A stretch of 32,000 nucleotides of DNA. Origin: Thermofilum adornatum. GTDB lineage: Archaea; Thermoproteota; Thermoprotei; Thermofilales; Thermofilaceae. The stretch is taken from the NCBI RefSeq assembly GCF_000446015.1, contig NC_022093.1, positions 1,590,001 to 1,622,000 on the forward strand, given 5' to 3'. Below, piece after piece: positions 1-8,798 of this stretch. Position numbers and translations under genes: made by a program. How positions within the stretch are numbered: position 1 is the first letter of the stretch; every line of letters begins with the position of its first letter. The notes under the pieces are model-generated. The model ran no database searches, was not told where the DNA came from, and saw only the letters and a program-made list of their open reading frames with translations.

Positions 1-1
1 T

Positions 2-250
2 CTAAAATACAATGGAGTACTAAGTGGAAACTGGACATACGTAAAGTACTTGAAGCTCTGGCTTGGCACGCTTGGCCCACTCACTATTGACAGCTCAACA
101 AGCGTGGGTACAACTCTTGGTTCGGTCACACTGAATCCGGGACAATGCGTCTCTGTTCCAGCCGAAGTACTAGTCCACGCGAATACTCCTTCATCTCAGT
201 GGAACACGGACTTGATAACCATAGAAGTCGACGTAGTCTCTACTGGATAA
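2..250 (+). CDS. C-terminal end of a hypothetical secreted/surface protein (5' end lies upstream of the window)
   Basis: This frame is open from nt 2 to TAA 248-250, so the track's TTG at 50 is internal. Ser/Thr/Val-rich beta-type composition like the next two ORFs. Same strand, 68 nt upstream of the next gene. Confidence 0.45.
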   Translation, partial: LKYNGVLSGNWTYVKYLKLWLGTLGPLTIDSSTSVGTTLGSVTLNPGQCVSVPAEVLVHANTPSSQWNTDLITIEVDVVSTG

Positions 251-318
251 GCTGAGTAGGGCAATTGAACTAAAATCTTTAAATAATATTTTTTTCTATA
301 ATTTTTAGGTGTTGCTTT

Positions 319-1770
319 GTGGATAGCCAGCCTGCCAGGTTCAGGAAAAGCAGGGTTCTAGCAATAATAGCTGTTATCGTTTTGGCTAGCTTCCTCACGC
401 TTCTAGCAGTTTATCCTCTCGGCATCCAGGCTGTCATCCTTGGAGGCACAAAAGACGTCTGGGCATACTCCGACGGGAAGCCGGTTAGCGGGGCTGTCCA
501 GGTCTACGCTTCTAATGAGACTGTTTACTGTTTTCCCGGAATTGTCGAGCTGAGGAATAGCGGCATAGCTGGCCTGCCCTACACGCTAGGCGTGTCTCTT
601 AGGCCAAGTTCCGGCCTCGAGTTTCTCGAGGTTAGGGCTAATGGTAGCATGGTGCTAGGTTTTGGCCCTGGCCTAAACTATTCTGGTAGTCTGAGGCTTG
701 ATCCGGGGTCCAGTGTAAAGCTAGATCTATGTCTAAGGGCCGGCAGGCAAGGCTCCTTCATGCTGACATTTGTGGACCCGAGGTATGAGCGTGCTACGAT
801 GAGCGTGGTCACTTTTTCCTATGTTCTTGTCGACTGGTGGAACAACTCTTTCACGAGGCGGATAACTCTGGCCCCTACTGTTTCTAGGGAAGGCTTGGCA
901 CTCTTCGAGATTACTGCGGATGGCACCGTGTACGTGAACGGGAAGCCTGTGAGGAAGGTTTCGAGCCTGGAGGGTGTCGAGGCTAATGGGCTGGCTGTTG
1001 TCTTGAAGAGCGGTGGGGCCCGTTACCTTGTCCCATTCCAGGTCGAGTCTTGGGCAAAAAGACCTGACGGCGTCCTATATCCGGCCAGAATTAAGAGTGG
1101 ACGTGAGCAGATGTGGGGATATGATAGGCTCGTCTTCTCCGCGTACCTAACAAATGGTTCACGCATAGAGATCTATCTTGGAGGACGCCTGACAGCAAAC
1201 TTTACTGGAGGCGTAGAGGTTAGGGGCGACACAGTTGTCTTCGGCTCTGAGCGCGCCACGCTTAACGAGTGGGGCTTTTTCAGCGAGGGCTGGGGTGTCA
1301 ACCTCTCGGGCTACATTGTCTACCCGTACCAGGCCAGGCGTATAGGGTACAGCGACGCTGGCACGTGGAGACAGCTGGTTAGTGGGCCTGTCCGGACTAT
1401 TTCCTGGTTTAATACTTCTGGCTTCTCAGACTACAGGATAGAGTCCGCGGTAGCCTTCTGGGGTAGGGGGGTAAACGCTACACAGATGTATGTCTGGCCC
1501 AGTGTCGACTTTAGGGGCATTGTTTTGGAGTGGGTCTCGCCAATAATATACATGGGCAAGGGCTGGACAATGAGCTTCGACTGTGGAACCACGTGTAGCT
1601 CGCTTCCAGTAAAGGTGTTGCCGGGCAACGAGACAAGGGTCCAGCTTTGCCGGGACTTCTTTACGCCTGGAGGCGCACGGTACGGCTACTTCCATATCGC
1701 GCTAGTCAAGGCTCCACTAGCAGAAATAAGGAGCATGGCCGCGAGCTTTTCGAGCTTCCCGGGTGGCTAG
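319..1770 (+). CDS. Hypothetical secreted/membrane-anchored glycoprotein-like protein with a DUF2341-like module
   Basis: GTG start. Basic N-terminus followed by a ~23-residue hydrophobic helix (RKSRVLAIIAVIVLASFLTLLAV). 10 N-x-S/T sequons. 'DWWNNSFTRRITL' resembles the opening motif of DUF2341-type surface-protein domains. No catalytic motif recognised. Confidence 0.7.
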   Translation: MDSQPARFRKSRVLAIIAVIVLASFLTLLAVYPLGIQAVILGGTKDVWAYSDGKPVSGAVQVYASNETVYCFPGIVELRNSGIAGLPYTLGVSLRPSSGLEFLEVRANGSMVLGFGPGLNYSGSLRLDPGSSVKLDLCLRAGRQGSFMLTFVDPRYERATMSVVTFSYVLVDWWNNSFTRRITLAPTVSREGLALFEITADGTVYVNGKPVRKVSSLEGVEANGLAVVLKSGGARYLVPFQVESWAKRPDGVLYPARIKSGREQMWGYDRLVFSAYLTNGSRIEIYLGGRLTANFTGGVEVRGDTVVFGSERATLNEWGFFSEGWGVNLSGYIVYPYQARRIGYSDAGTWRQLVSGPVRTISWFNTSGFSDYRIESAVAFWGRGVNATQMYVWPSVDFRGIVLEWVSPIIYMGKGWTMSFDCGTTCSSLPVKVLPGNETRVQLCRDFFTPGGARYGYFHIALVKAPLAEIRSMAASFSSFPGG

Positions 1771-1772
1771 GC

Positions 1773-3065
1773 GTGAGGAGGATTGAGGCGCTCCTGCTTG
1801 CTGTGCTTTTATGTGTAGGCGCTTTAGCGGCAATCACTATAACGAATGTAAATGAGTGGCACGTCCAGGCGACCCAGCCGCCCGTAAAGAAAATTGCCGG
1901 TAGGGACCTTGGGAACCCAGCCTACGGCGTTAAGTCTGGTAGAGTATATTCGAGTATCGAGGACGGCTTAAATGTTACATACGTTGAGGTGTCAGTTCCA
2001 AGGTGTCACAGGGCAACTTTTAGCCCTGTGCTTAACGTTAGTGGTTCTGGTGTTTCTGCTAAGCTTTTCGCTGAGAGTGTTTCCGGTAGCTATGCTGGCC
2101 AGCTAAATGCCTCTATAACCCTCGGAGCCAACCTACAGGTAGTAGTGTCCAGGGGCACAATAACCCAGCAGACAGGGACACCCGTCACCATAAGCGGACA
2201 AACAAGCCTAAGCCTACAGGTGGCTGTCGGCTCTGGAGCACCGCTAGGCGTCGAGGTGGCCCGGATATATACGTGGCTATACTTCAACTACTCCACGGCA
2301 AAGGCACGCCAAAAAATAGTATGGATAGTCAAGACCCTCCCCACTCCGCCCAGAGTAGTCCTCTTCTACGACGGGTTCGAAAGTGGAACATTGGCGGGCT
2401 GGACAAGTACAACCTATGCATATGTAGAACAGAAAAACTATGATGTAACAGTCACTGAGACATGCTACACAAGAACACCAACTCCCCGAACGATTACAGA
2501 TACAACTAGACCCGTGGCGGGGTCATGGCTGGCATGGATAGGCTTCGGGAACCAGGTGACCTGTGAACCAGTTCCAGCGAGGGACGATTATCTCAGGCGT
2601 TCCATTAGTGTGCCGTCGAGCATTGACGGCGTCGAAGTGAAATATGTAAATGCGACTTTCTGGTGGCGCTTCTTGACGTGGGACTCTGCAAACTACGACT
2701 ATATTACTCTTTCTCTTAGCAAGGGCACAACAACCTTCTACTGGAAGAACGGATACAACCCCAACTCGGGAAACAATTATGGCCCATTCAGGGACACTGG
2801 CTGGCAGAGGAATAGCACGTTTTTCAGTGGGGTTGCAGGCTCCACGATAACTCTCAGTTTCTTACTGCACACGTATAGCGACCAATATTACAGGAGCTGG
2901 CTATACATAGACGAAGTATACGTGGTCGCGTACTTTGACTGCATTTCTGCAAGCCAGGATCCATCCCTAGACGTTGCAGGGAGTGCCCCAGCAAGCTCCT
3001 TGAGCCTCACATCTACACTTCACACTCGCCAAGACAATGCTACATGTGTTGCCTGTAGAGGCTAG
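1773..3065 (+). CDS. Hypothetical secreted/membrane-anchored glycoprotein-like protein with a ConA/LamG-like module
   Basis: The track ORF starts at TTG 1647, inside the upstream gene. In-frame GTG 1773, 2 nt after the upstream stop, gives the N-terminus VRRIEALLLAVLLCVGALAAITI (signal/anchor). At least 7 N-x-S/T sequons. 'FYDGFESGTLAGWT' is a typical opening of ConA-like/LamG-type domains. Confidence 0.65.
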   Translation: MRRIEALLLAVLLCVGALAAITITNVNEWHVQATQPPVKKIAGRDLGNPAYGVKSGRVYSSIEDGLNVTYVEVSVPRCHRATFSPVLNVSGSGVSAKLFAESVSGSYAGQLNASITLGANLQVVVSRGTITQQTGTPVTISGQTSLSLQVAVGSGAPLGVEVARIYTWLYFNYSTAKARQKIVWIVKTLPTPPRVVLFYDGFESGTLAGWTSTTYAYVEQKNYDVTVTETCYTRTPTPRTITDTTRPVAGSWLAWIGFGNQVTCEPVPARDDYLRRSISVPSSIDGVEVKYVNATFWWRFLTWDSANYDYITLSLSKGTTTFYWKNGYNPNSGNNYGPFRDTGWQRNSTFFSGVAGSTITLSFLLHTYSDQYYRSWLYIDEVYVVAYFDCISASQDPSLDVAGSAPASSLSLTSTLHTRQDNATCVACRG

Positions 3066-3244
3066 TTAAAATATAGTTTTTGCAAAGTATTTTCTCCTTC
3101 TTCATTTTATTTTAGCGTGCGCAAGAGGCTAAATGAGTGCTAGGAGAAACTGCGGGAAAAGTTGGGTTCCGTGTGGGGTGGCATGCTGTATGGGTTTAGC
3201 CATGTGGCTAAGTTTGCTGGTATAAGTTTTGAGGAGTTTGTTAG

Positions 3245-3574
<330 letters not shown>

Positions 3575-3581
3575 CTTTTTG

Positions 3582-4448
3582 CTAGGTTTGCTGGTTTTCT
3601 TCTTTTAGCTCGCTCATTGCTATGCCACGCATGATGGAGGCGTAGATTAGTAGTTTCCATACTTCTGGGACTGTGGCTCCGTATTCGCTTACAAGTTTTC
3701 TTGCGATTTCTCTGAGCTCGTCTGCTTCTTCGAGTGTTAGTTTTTCCTTTTGGATTAGCTCTTTCATTCTTTCGGCTTCCTCCTTTGTGAGGGGGTTGGT
3801 GAAGGTTCTGGCGGAGAGCCTTAGTAACTCGTTTTTGATGAATGCGACGTCTCTTGGTTCGAGTATCTTTTTGAATCCCAGGAACTCTGCGAAGAATTCT
3901 GTCTGGTTTCTTGTCGAGACGGCTATCTCGTTCATGTTTCTGGCTATGAGGTTTATGCGTTCCTCTATTCGGTTTAGCCTTTCGTTGCTCTGGGCAAACT
4001 GTTTATCTATGTTGCTGAACTTCTCGTCCATCTGAGCGAGAATGCCTTTGACCGTGCGAAATTGTTCATCGAACTGCGCCAGTTTCTGGTTAGCTTGGGC
4101 AAGGCTTGTCTCGATTTGGTGGAGTTTAGCATCGTGCTGGGTTATTTTTTCTTTCACGTAGGTGAGACTTGTTTCCATTTGTGTAAGCTTCTCGTCCATA
4201 AGTGTCATTTTTTCTTCAATTTTGTGAAACTTTTCGTCATGCTGGGCTAGATGCTTCTCGATTTGGACAAACCTATTCTCGACTTGGTCAAATCGCTTGT
4301 CTACTTGGGCAAATTTCTCGTCGATTAGTGTGAACCTTGCCTCTATTCTTGCGAATTTTCTTCCTAGCCAGTATGCAAGGGAGAGAGCAGATGCTCCAAC
4401 AGTCAGTATTAGGCTTGCAACTTCGACGAGGAAGGGATTCTCGGCCAC
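3582..4448 (-). CDS. Membrane-anchored coiled-coil protein (N-terminal TM, 21 heptads, C-terminal helical domain)
   Basis: N-terminal hydrophobic helix (LVEVASLILTVGASALSLAYWL). Residues 35-181 form uninterrupted heptads of type [IVM]-[DE]-x-[KR]-[FL]-x-Q. C-terminal ~105 aa are helical and end in a hydrophobic stretch (VWKLLIYASIMRGIAM). Confidence 0.8.
   Translation of the reverse strand: MAENPFLVEVASLILTVGASALSLAYWLGRKFARIEARFTLIDEKFAQVDKRFDQVENRFVQIEKHLAQHDEKFHKIEEKMTLMDEKLTQMETSLTYVKEKITQHDAKLHQIETSLAQANQKLAQFDEQFRTVKGILAQMDEKFSNIDKQFAQSNERLNRIEERINLIARNMNEIAVSTRNQTEFFAEFLGFKKILEPRDVAFIKNELLRLSARTFTNPLTKEEAERMKELIQKEKLTLEEADELREIARKLVSEYGATVPEVWKLLIYASIMRGIAMSELKEENQQT
3906..4346 (-). 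repeat. About 21 degenerate tandem 21-bp units (in-frame heptad repeats inside the coiled-coil CDS)
   Basis: On the + strand the units read ...ctgcgccagtttctggttagc / ttgggcaaggcttgtctcgat / ttggtggagtttagcatcgtg / ctgggttattttttctttcac... Each unit encodes one heptad. Confidence 0.8.
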
Positions 4449-4563
4449 TAAATATCCCTAATCATATATTTGGAAAACTATATTTAAGGGTTACCTTGCT
4501 CATTCATTTGAGAAATTAAAATCTAGGGGAAACTTTTGAAGGAATGAAACTTCTTTACGGTTG

Positions 4564-5487
4564 TTATGGTGCCTCTTCTATCCTGACCCTTACGTTCCGT
4601 ATTCCTCCTTGGGCGTATAGGTTTAGGGTTATTTCCTGTCCTATTCCCTTTTCTCTGAGCTTCGCTACCAGGTCGCCTATTCCCTGTATTTCTTTTCCGT
4701 CTGTGCCTATGACTACGTGTCCGGGCCGAATGCCTGCTCTGGCTGCGGGGCTTCCCGGAACCACTCTTATTATTAGTACGCCGGCTGGTTTTGATAGGCC
4801 AAGCTGGTATGCTATTACTGGGTTTACGTCTAGCCCGTATATTCCTATCCAGGGTCTGAGTATTCTGCCATATTTTTCTATCTGGCTCAGGGAGTATTTT
4901 ACCTCGTTTATGGGAATAGCGAAGCCTATGCCCTGCGCGAACGGAATCATTGCCGTTGTTATTCCTATAGCTTTTCCCTCTAGGTCTATTAAGGGTCCCC
5001 CACTGTTTCCAGGGTTTACTGGCGCGTCTGTCTGTATGAGGTTCTCGTAGATTTTTCCCTCTGTCCTCAGGTTTCTTCCAAGCCCGCTTATCACGCCGAA
5101 TGTCAGGCTGGGGCCTCCCAATACTTGTCCAAATGGGTTGCCGATGGCTATAACGAATTGTCCAACCTTTAGCTCGTCAGAGTCTCCCAGCGGTAGGGGT
5201 TTAAGGTTGTCGCGTGGGATTTTGAGGAAAGCTATGTCGTAGTGGGGGTCTATGTCTATAATTGTTGCTTCTACGTTTTCTCCGCTTGAAAGTGTCACGG
5301 TTATATGTTCATAGCCCTCGACCACGTGGGCGTTTGTAACCACTATGCCTCTTTCGTCTACTATGAATCCCGAGCCGAGACCTGAAACAGGCTCCCTTAT
5401 AAACAGGAAATCTAGGATTTTGACAGCGGTTATGCTTACAACGCTGTCTTTTACCTTTTCATAAAGCTCTATAACCCTTTTTTGCAA
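4564..5487 (-). CDS. htrA: HtrA/DegP-family (S1C) serine protease with C-terminal PDZ domain
   Basis: Catalytic triad contexts 'VVTNAHVV' (His), 'DIAFLKI' (Asp) and 'GNSGGPLIDLEGKAIGI' (Ser). PDZ-like C-terminus 'GVLIIRVVPGSPAARAGIRPGHVVIGTDGKEI'. No N-terminal hydrophobic segment. Confidence 0.9.
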   Translation of the reverse strand: MQKRVIELYEKVKDSVVSITAVKILDFLFIREPVSGLGSGFIVDERGIVVTNAHVVEGYEHITVTLSSGENVEATIIDIDPHYDIAFLKIPRDNLKPLPLGDSDELKVGQFVIAIGNPFGQVLGGPSLTFGVISGLGRNLRTEGKIYENLIQTDAPVNPGNSGGPLIDLEGKAIGITTAMIPFAQGIGFAIPINEVKYSLSQIEKYGRILRPWIGIYGLDVNPVIAYQLGLSKPAGVLIIRVVPGSPAARAGIRPGHVVIGTDGKEIQGIGDLVAKLREKGIGQEITLNLYAQGGIRNVRVRIEEAP

Positions 5488-5603
5488 TTCTTCAACCAGG
5501 TCGATCGCCTAGCTATTAGGAGCATTTTTGACTAAAATCTTTAGCTTTTAACAATTGCCTTTGATAGGAAATATTTATAGCTTGAGGGCTTCTTCTACTC
5601 GTT

Positions 5604-6749
5604 GTGTCGAGTAGCAGTGATAAAAGAACTATTGCCCTGCTGTCATGGTACAATTTGACTAGTAGTTTTGCTGGAAACCTTGTGGCACCGTTCCTTTCTA
5701 TCTTTTTCTACCAGCTGGCCGGAAACAAGTTTTTCCAGACGAGCATCGCGAGCCAGTCGTCAGTAATAATCTCAGTGGTAATGGGCCTATTCTGGGCAAG
5801 GCTTTCAGACGTTAAGGGCCATAGGAAGAGGTATATACAGCTCGGCATATTGACTGGCATTCTCTCGTCTATTGCACTGAGCTTTGTAGACAACATTGAG
5901 ACTGCTATACTTGTCCAAGTATTGGGAGCGTTCACTGGCAGTGCTAGTGGTGCAGCCTTTTCTGCCCTTATGGCCGAGAAGCTCCGCGACCAACGCGGAG
6001 CGAGGCTCGGAATATACAACGCGGCAGGCGTAATTGGAGGCTTCACGGGGAGCCTTGTCTCAGGTTTACTGTATAACACTCTTGGATTCAGGTGGCTTCT
6101 GAGGCTAAATGCTCTACTAAGCATCATCCCCCTTTTCTTGATTGGACTTATCGATGAGGACCAGAACGGCAACAACAAGGCTAGCCTAAAAGGCTTCTTG
6201 AGACTTCCAAGAATACCCAGAAGATTCTGGAAGCTTTACCTAGCCAGGATAATTCTAACGCTCCCAGGCGCCTTCAGCGGCGGCATATTTGCAATCTACT
6301 TTGTAAAGTTTCTCGCTGGTCCGCCAGAGGCATGGTCCGTCTTGATAGCCGTAACTACCCTTTTTGGGCTAGCTTCTATACCCTACGGTAAGCTGGCAGA
6401 CAGGCTGTCTACGAGGAAAATGTTTACGATGGCTGGGCTTGGTTGGACCCTGCTCTATCTCGGCTACTACCTGTCTCCTAACTATTTGTGGTTCTCTGTG
6501 TTCTTCGTTATACCCGTGTGGCCGGCCTTCTGGCTCGCCTATTCGAAGGCGCTCATGGATCTTAGCGACGAGTCTGAGCGTGCAACGTTCTATGCATTTG
6601 AGGGAACCCTTTCCACGATATTTGGTTCTCTTGTTGGCATCTTTGCGGGCTACTTGGCTGACCAGTTTGCGCCTAGGACCCTTTTCCTCCTCTCGGCCTT
6701 GGCGGCTGTAGCTGGCACCGTAGCGGCTAACTTGTTGCTGGAAAAATAG
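5604..6749 (+). CDS. MFS transporter
   Basis: GTG start. About 10-12 hydrophobic helices. The loop 'ARLSDVKGHRKRYI' matches MFS motif A (G-x-x-x-D-[RK]-x-G-R-[RK]) between TM2 and TM3. Confidence 0.8.
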   Translation: MSSSSDKRTIALLSWYNLTSSFAGNLVAPFLSIFFYQLAGNKFFQTSIASQSSVIISVVMGLFWARLSDVKGHRKRYIQLGILTGILSSIALSFVDNIETAILVQVLGAFTGSASGAAFSALMAEKLRDQRGARLGIYNAAGVIGGFTGSLVSGLLYNTLGFRWLLRLNALLSIIPLFLIGLIDEDQNGNNKASLKGFLRLPRIPRRFWKLYLARIILTLPGAFSGGIFAIYFVKFLAGPPEAWSVLIAVTTLFGLASIPYGKLADRLSTRKMFTMAGLGWTLLYLGYYLSPNYLWFSVFFVIPVWPAFWLAYSKALMDLSDESERATFYAFEGTLSTIFGSLVGIFAGYLADQFAPRTLFLLSALAAVAGTVAANLLLEK

Positions 6750-6819
6750 GTCTCTGTTTTAAGGAGAGCTACACATAATAATTAATATGCTCTGGGTTTT
6801 CTATGTAGAGTTGAGCGTG

Positions 6820-7548
6820 ATGTTGCTAGATGTAAGGGATCTAGAGGTAGATGTTGGCGGCCGCGAGGTGCTTAGAGGCGTCAATCTTTCAATGGGAGAA
6901 TCGGAGATACATTTCTTGCTGGGGCCAAACGCCGCTGGCAAAACTACCCTGCTTTCAGCTATAGCGGGTGTCCCGAGGGTCTCTATAAGAAGGGGAAAAA
7001 TATTGTTCGACGGGAAAGATGTGACATTCACGCCTCTCGACGAGAGGGCAAGGCTAGGAATAGCTCTTGCATACCAGTTGCCTCCAGAGCTTGTAGGCGT
7101 ATCGCTCCGAAGCCTAGCTAGACTACTCTCAGATAGATTCAATACAGCCGAATATGTCGAGAAGCTAGCAAAAATGCTTGACCTAGAACGCTTGCTCGAC
7201 AGGGAATCCTTCAGGGGGTTTAGTGGCGGGGAGCGCAAAAGGGCCGAGCTCTTCCTCATATCTCTCATGCGTCCCAGGCTCGCCCTCCTAGACGAGCCAG
7301 ACAGCGGTGTAGACATCGACAGCCTAAACCTAATTGCAGAGGCGATCAGATTCATTAATAAGGAGTTCGGGTCCTCTATTCTCATCGTTACACACACGAG
7401 GCTACTCATGGAGAAAGTGGAAGCCCAGAAGGCACATGTTCTCTGCAATGGGGGGATTGTTTTAGCGTCGTCACCGCGTAGAGTGCTGGAAGTGGTAGAA
7501 AAGACAGGGTATAAGGGTCTCTGCGGCGAGGGTGAGGAAAATGATTGA
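6820..7548 (+). CDS. sufC: Fe-S cluster assembly ATPase SufC
   Basis: Walker A 'GPNAAGKTT', signature 'FSGGERKRAE', Walker B 'LALLDEPDSGVDIDSL', H-loop 'IVTH'. N-terminus 'MLLDVRDLEVDVGGREVLRGVNL' is typical of SufC. I prefer ATG 6820 over the track's ATG 6787, with an A/T-rich box at ~6771-6786. Confidence 0.9.
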   Translation: MLLDVRDLEVDVGGREVLRGVNLSMGESEIHFLLGPNAAGKTTLLSAIAGVPRVSIRRGKILFDGKDVTFTPLDERARLGIALAYQLPPELVGVSLRSLARLLSDRFNTAEYVEKLAKMLDLERLLDRESFRGFSGGERKRAELFLISLMRPRLALLDEPDSGVDIDSLNLIAEAIRFINKEFGSSILIVTHTRLLMEKVEAQKAHVLCNGGIVLASSPRRVLEVVEKTGYKGLCGEGEEND

Positions 7549-8752
7549 TTTAGAGGAGGTTAAAAGGGCTTTAGAGAAGCCCTCACCTTATGGTCCAGAC
7601 ATTGACTTGTCTAGGTACAAGATAGACGAGGGAGGTATAATTTACAGGGAGCCTTCACAGGAGATTACTGAGTCTGCAAGAGAGAAGGTAGGCATCAGCG
7701 TTGAGCAGGCAACTTATCTGCAAGTGGGAGAAACCGTTTTTGCAAGGGCTATGGCGGAAAAGCTTTTCAAAGAATACAATGTGGTAGTCAAGCCCCTCTT
7801 TAAAGCCCTTAAGGAAGACAAGCTCGCAGAGAAACTTGCGTGGACCCTCTTGAGGCCCGACCAAGACAAGTACACCGCGTACGCTTACCTGTACGGGAAA
7901 GAAGCAGGCTACTACGTCTATGTGCCGCCAGGAACCAAGGTTCCCTTACCGATATATACTTGTCTAAGCCTTTTTACCGAGAACCAGGTCCAGACAACAC
8001 ACAACATTGTCTACCTTGACGAGGGCTCGGAAGCCATAATTACTACGGGATGCCTAGTCCCGCATGGCGTCAAAGGCGGGCTACATGTGGGGCTAAGCGA
8101 GTTCTACGTCGCTGAAAAGGCGAGGCTCATATATACAATGATTCATTCGTGGGGCGAAGGGACCCACGTCAGGCCTAGAACAGTTGTGAGAGTAAAGGAG
8201 GGGGGAGAATATGTCAGCTATTATTCTGTCTATAGCCCCGTCGCATCTATACAGACGTACCCAATGGTTCACCTTGAGAAGAAAGCCAGCGCAAAACTGG
8301 TCTCAGTCATTGCTGGCTCTGGCCCAGGAGTATATGACATTGGAGGAGGAGCAATCCTTGAAGGCGAGGGTAGCTCGGCAGAGCTGGTCTCTAGAACAAT
8401 TTCCAGCAAGGGATCCCGCATAATTTCTAGGAGTAGCATTGAGGCCCTCGCAGGCGGCACAAAGGGGCACATAGAGTGCCTCGGAGTAATGCTCGATGAC
8501 AGGTCGACGACAGAGACTATACCGATACTTAAGACCAGCGTTCAGGAGGTTGAACTCACGCATGAGGCCGCTATTGGAATGTTGTCAGGCGAGAAGCTCG
8601 AGTATCTTATGGCTAGGGGCTTTACCGAGGAAGAGGCCAGGAGCATACTCCTAAGGGGATACCTCACCCTCGAGGTAAAAGGCATACCTCCATCTGTTAA
8701 GGCGGAAATAGACAGGATAACAGACTACGTTATAAAGCATGCACTAGGCTAG
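7541..8752 (+). CDS. sufB: SufB/SufD-family Fe-S cluster assembly scaffold protein
   Basis: C-terminal signature 'ELTHEAAIGMLSGEKLEYLMARGFTEEEARSILLRGY' is typical of SufB/SufD beta-helix proteins. ATG 7541 overlaps the sufC stop by 8 nt; GTG 7532 is an alternative start. Confidence 0.85.
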   Translation: MIDLEEVKRALEKPSPYGPDIDLSRYKIDEGGIIYREPSQEITESAREKVGISVEQATYLQVGETVFARAMAEKLFKEYNVVVKPLFKALKEDKLAEKLAWTLLRPDQDKYTAYAYLYGKEAGYYVYVPPGTKVPLPIYTCLSLFTENQVQTTHNIVYLDEGSEAIITTGCLVPHGVKGGLHVGLSEFYVAEKARLIYTMIHSWGEGTHVRPRTVVRVKEGGEYVSYYSVYSPVASIQTYPMVHLEKKASAKLVSVIAGSGPGVYDIGGGAILEGEGSSAELVSRTISSKGSRIISRSSIEALAGGTKGHIECLGVMLDDRSTTETIPILKTSVQEVELTHEAAIGMLSGEKLEYLMARGFTEEEARSILLRGYLTLEVKGIPPSVKAEIDRITDYVIKHALG

Positions 8753-8798
8753 ACAGGAAAACGTTTGGGCTTTCTGCTTTGTACAAATAAAAGGGATG

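Noticed and set aside
1647-1772. 5' extension of the second secreted-protein ORF (track start TTG 1647), overlapping the end of the upstream gene by 124 nt
   Set aside because: The extension encodes an Arg-rich, non-signal-like peptide inside the upstream CDS. In-frame GTG 1773, right after the upstream stop, yields a proper basic plus hydrophobic N-terminus.
319-1850. Possible class III (type IV pilin-like) signal peptides on the two complete secreted proteins
   Set aside because: The N-termini (…FRKSRVLAII…, VRRIEALLLAV…) lack the canonical [KR]-[GAS] cleavage context directly before the hydrophobic stretch. They look like ordinary signal or anchor sequences.
3133-3225. 30-aa Cys-rich ORF (MSARRNCGKSWVPCGVACCMGLAMWLSLLV) starting at a well-placed ATG
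   Set aside because: It overlaps a frame with recognisable family similarity. It is more likely the displaced start of the decayed nuclease-like gene than an independent micropeptide. This cannot be settled from sequence alone.
3906-4346. Tandem 21-bp periodicity that could superficially suggest a repeat array or CRISPR
   Set aside because: The units are contiguous with no spacers, are degenerate at the DNA level, and are exactly in frame with a long ORF encoding heptads. There are no cas genes, and 21 bp is too short for a CRISPR repeat plus spacer.
4544-5050. 168-aa + strand ORF antisense to htrA. Similar long antisense ORFs: 3673-4035 (+), 5708-6178 (-), 6801-7448 (-), 9369-10046 (+), 28642-29004 (+), 29713-30078 (+)
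   Set aside because: These are shadow ORFs opposite well-supported genes. They have Ser/Pro/Arg/Cys-rich low-complexity composition and no motifs. Such open antisense frames are expected opposite strongly codon-biased genes.
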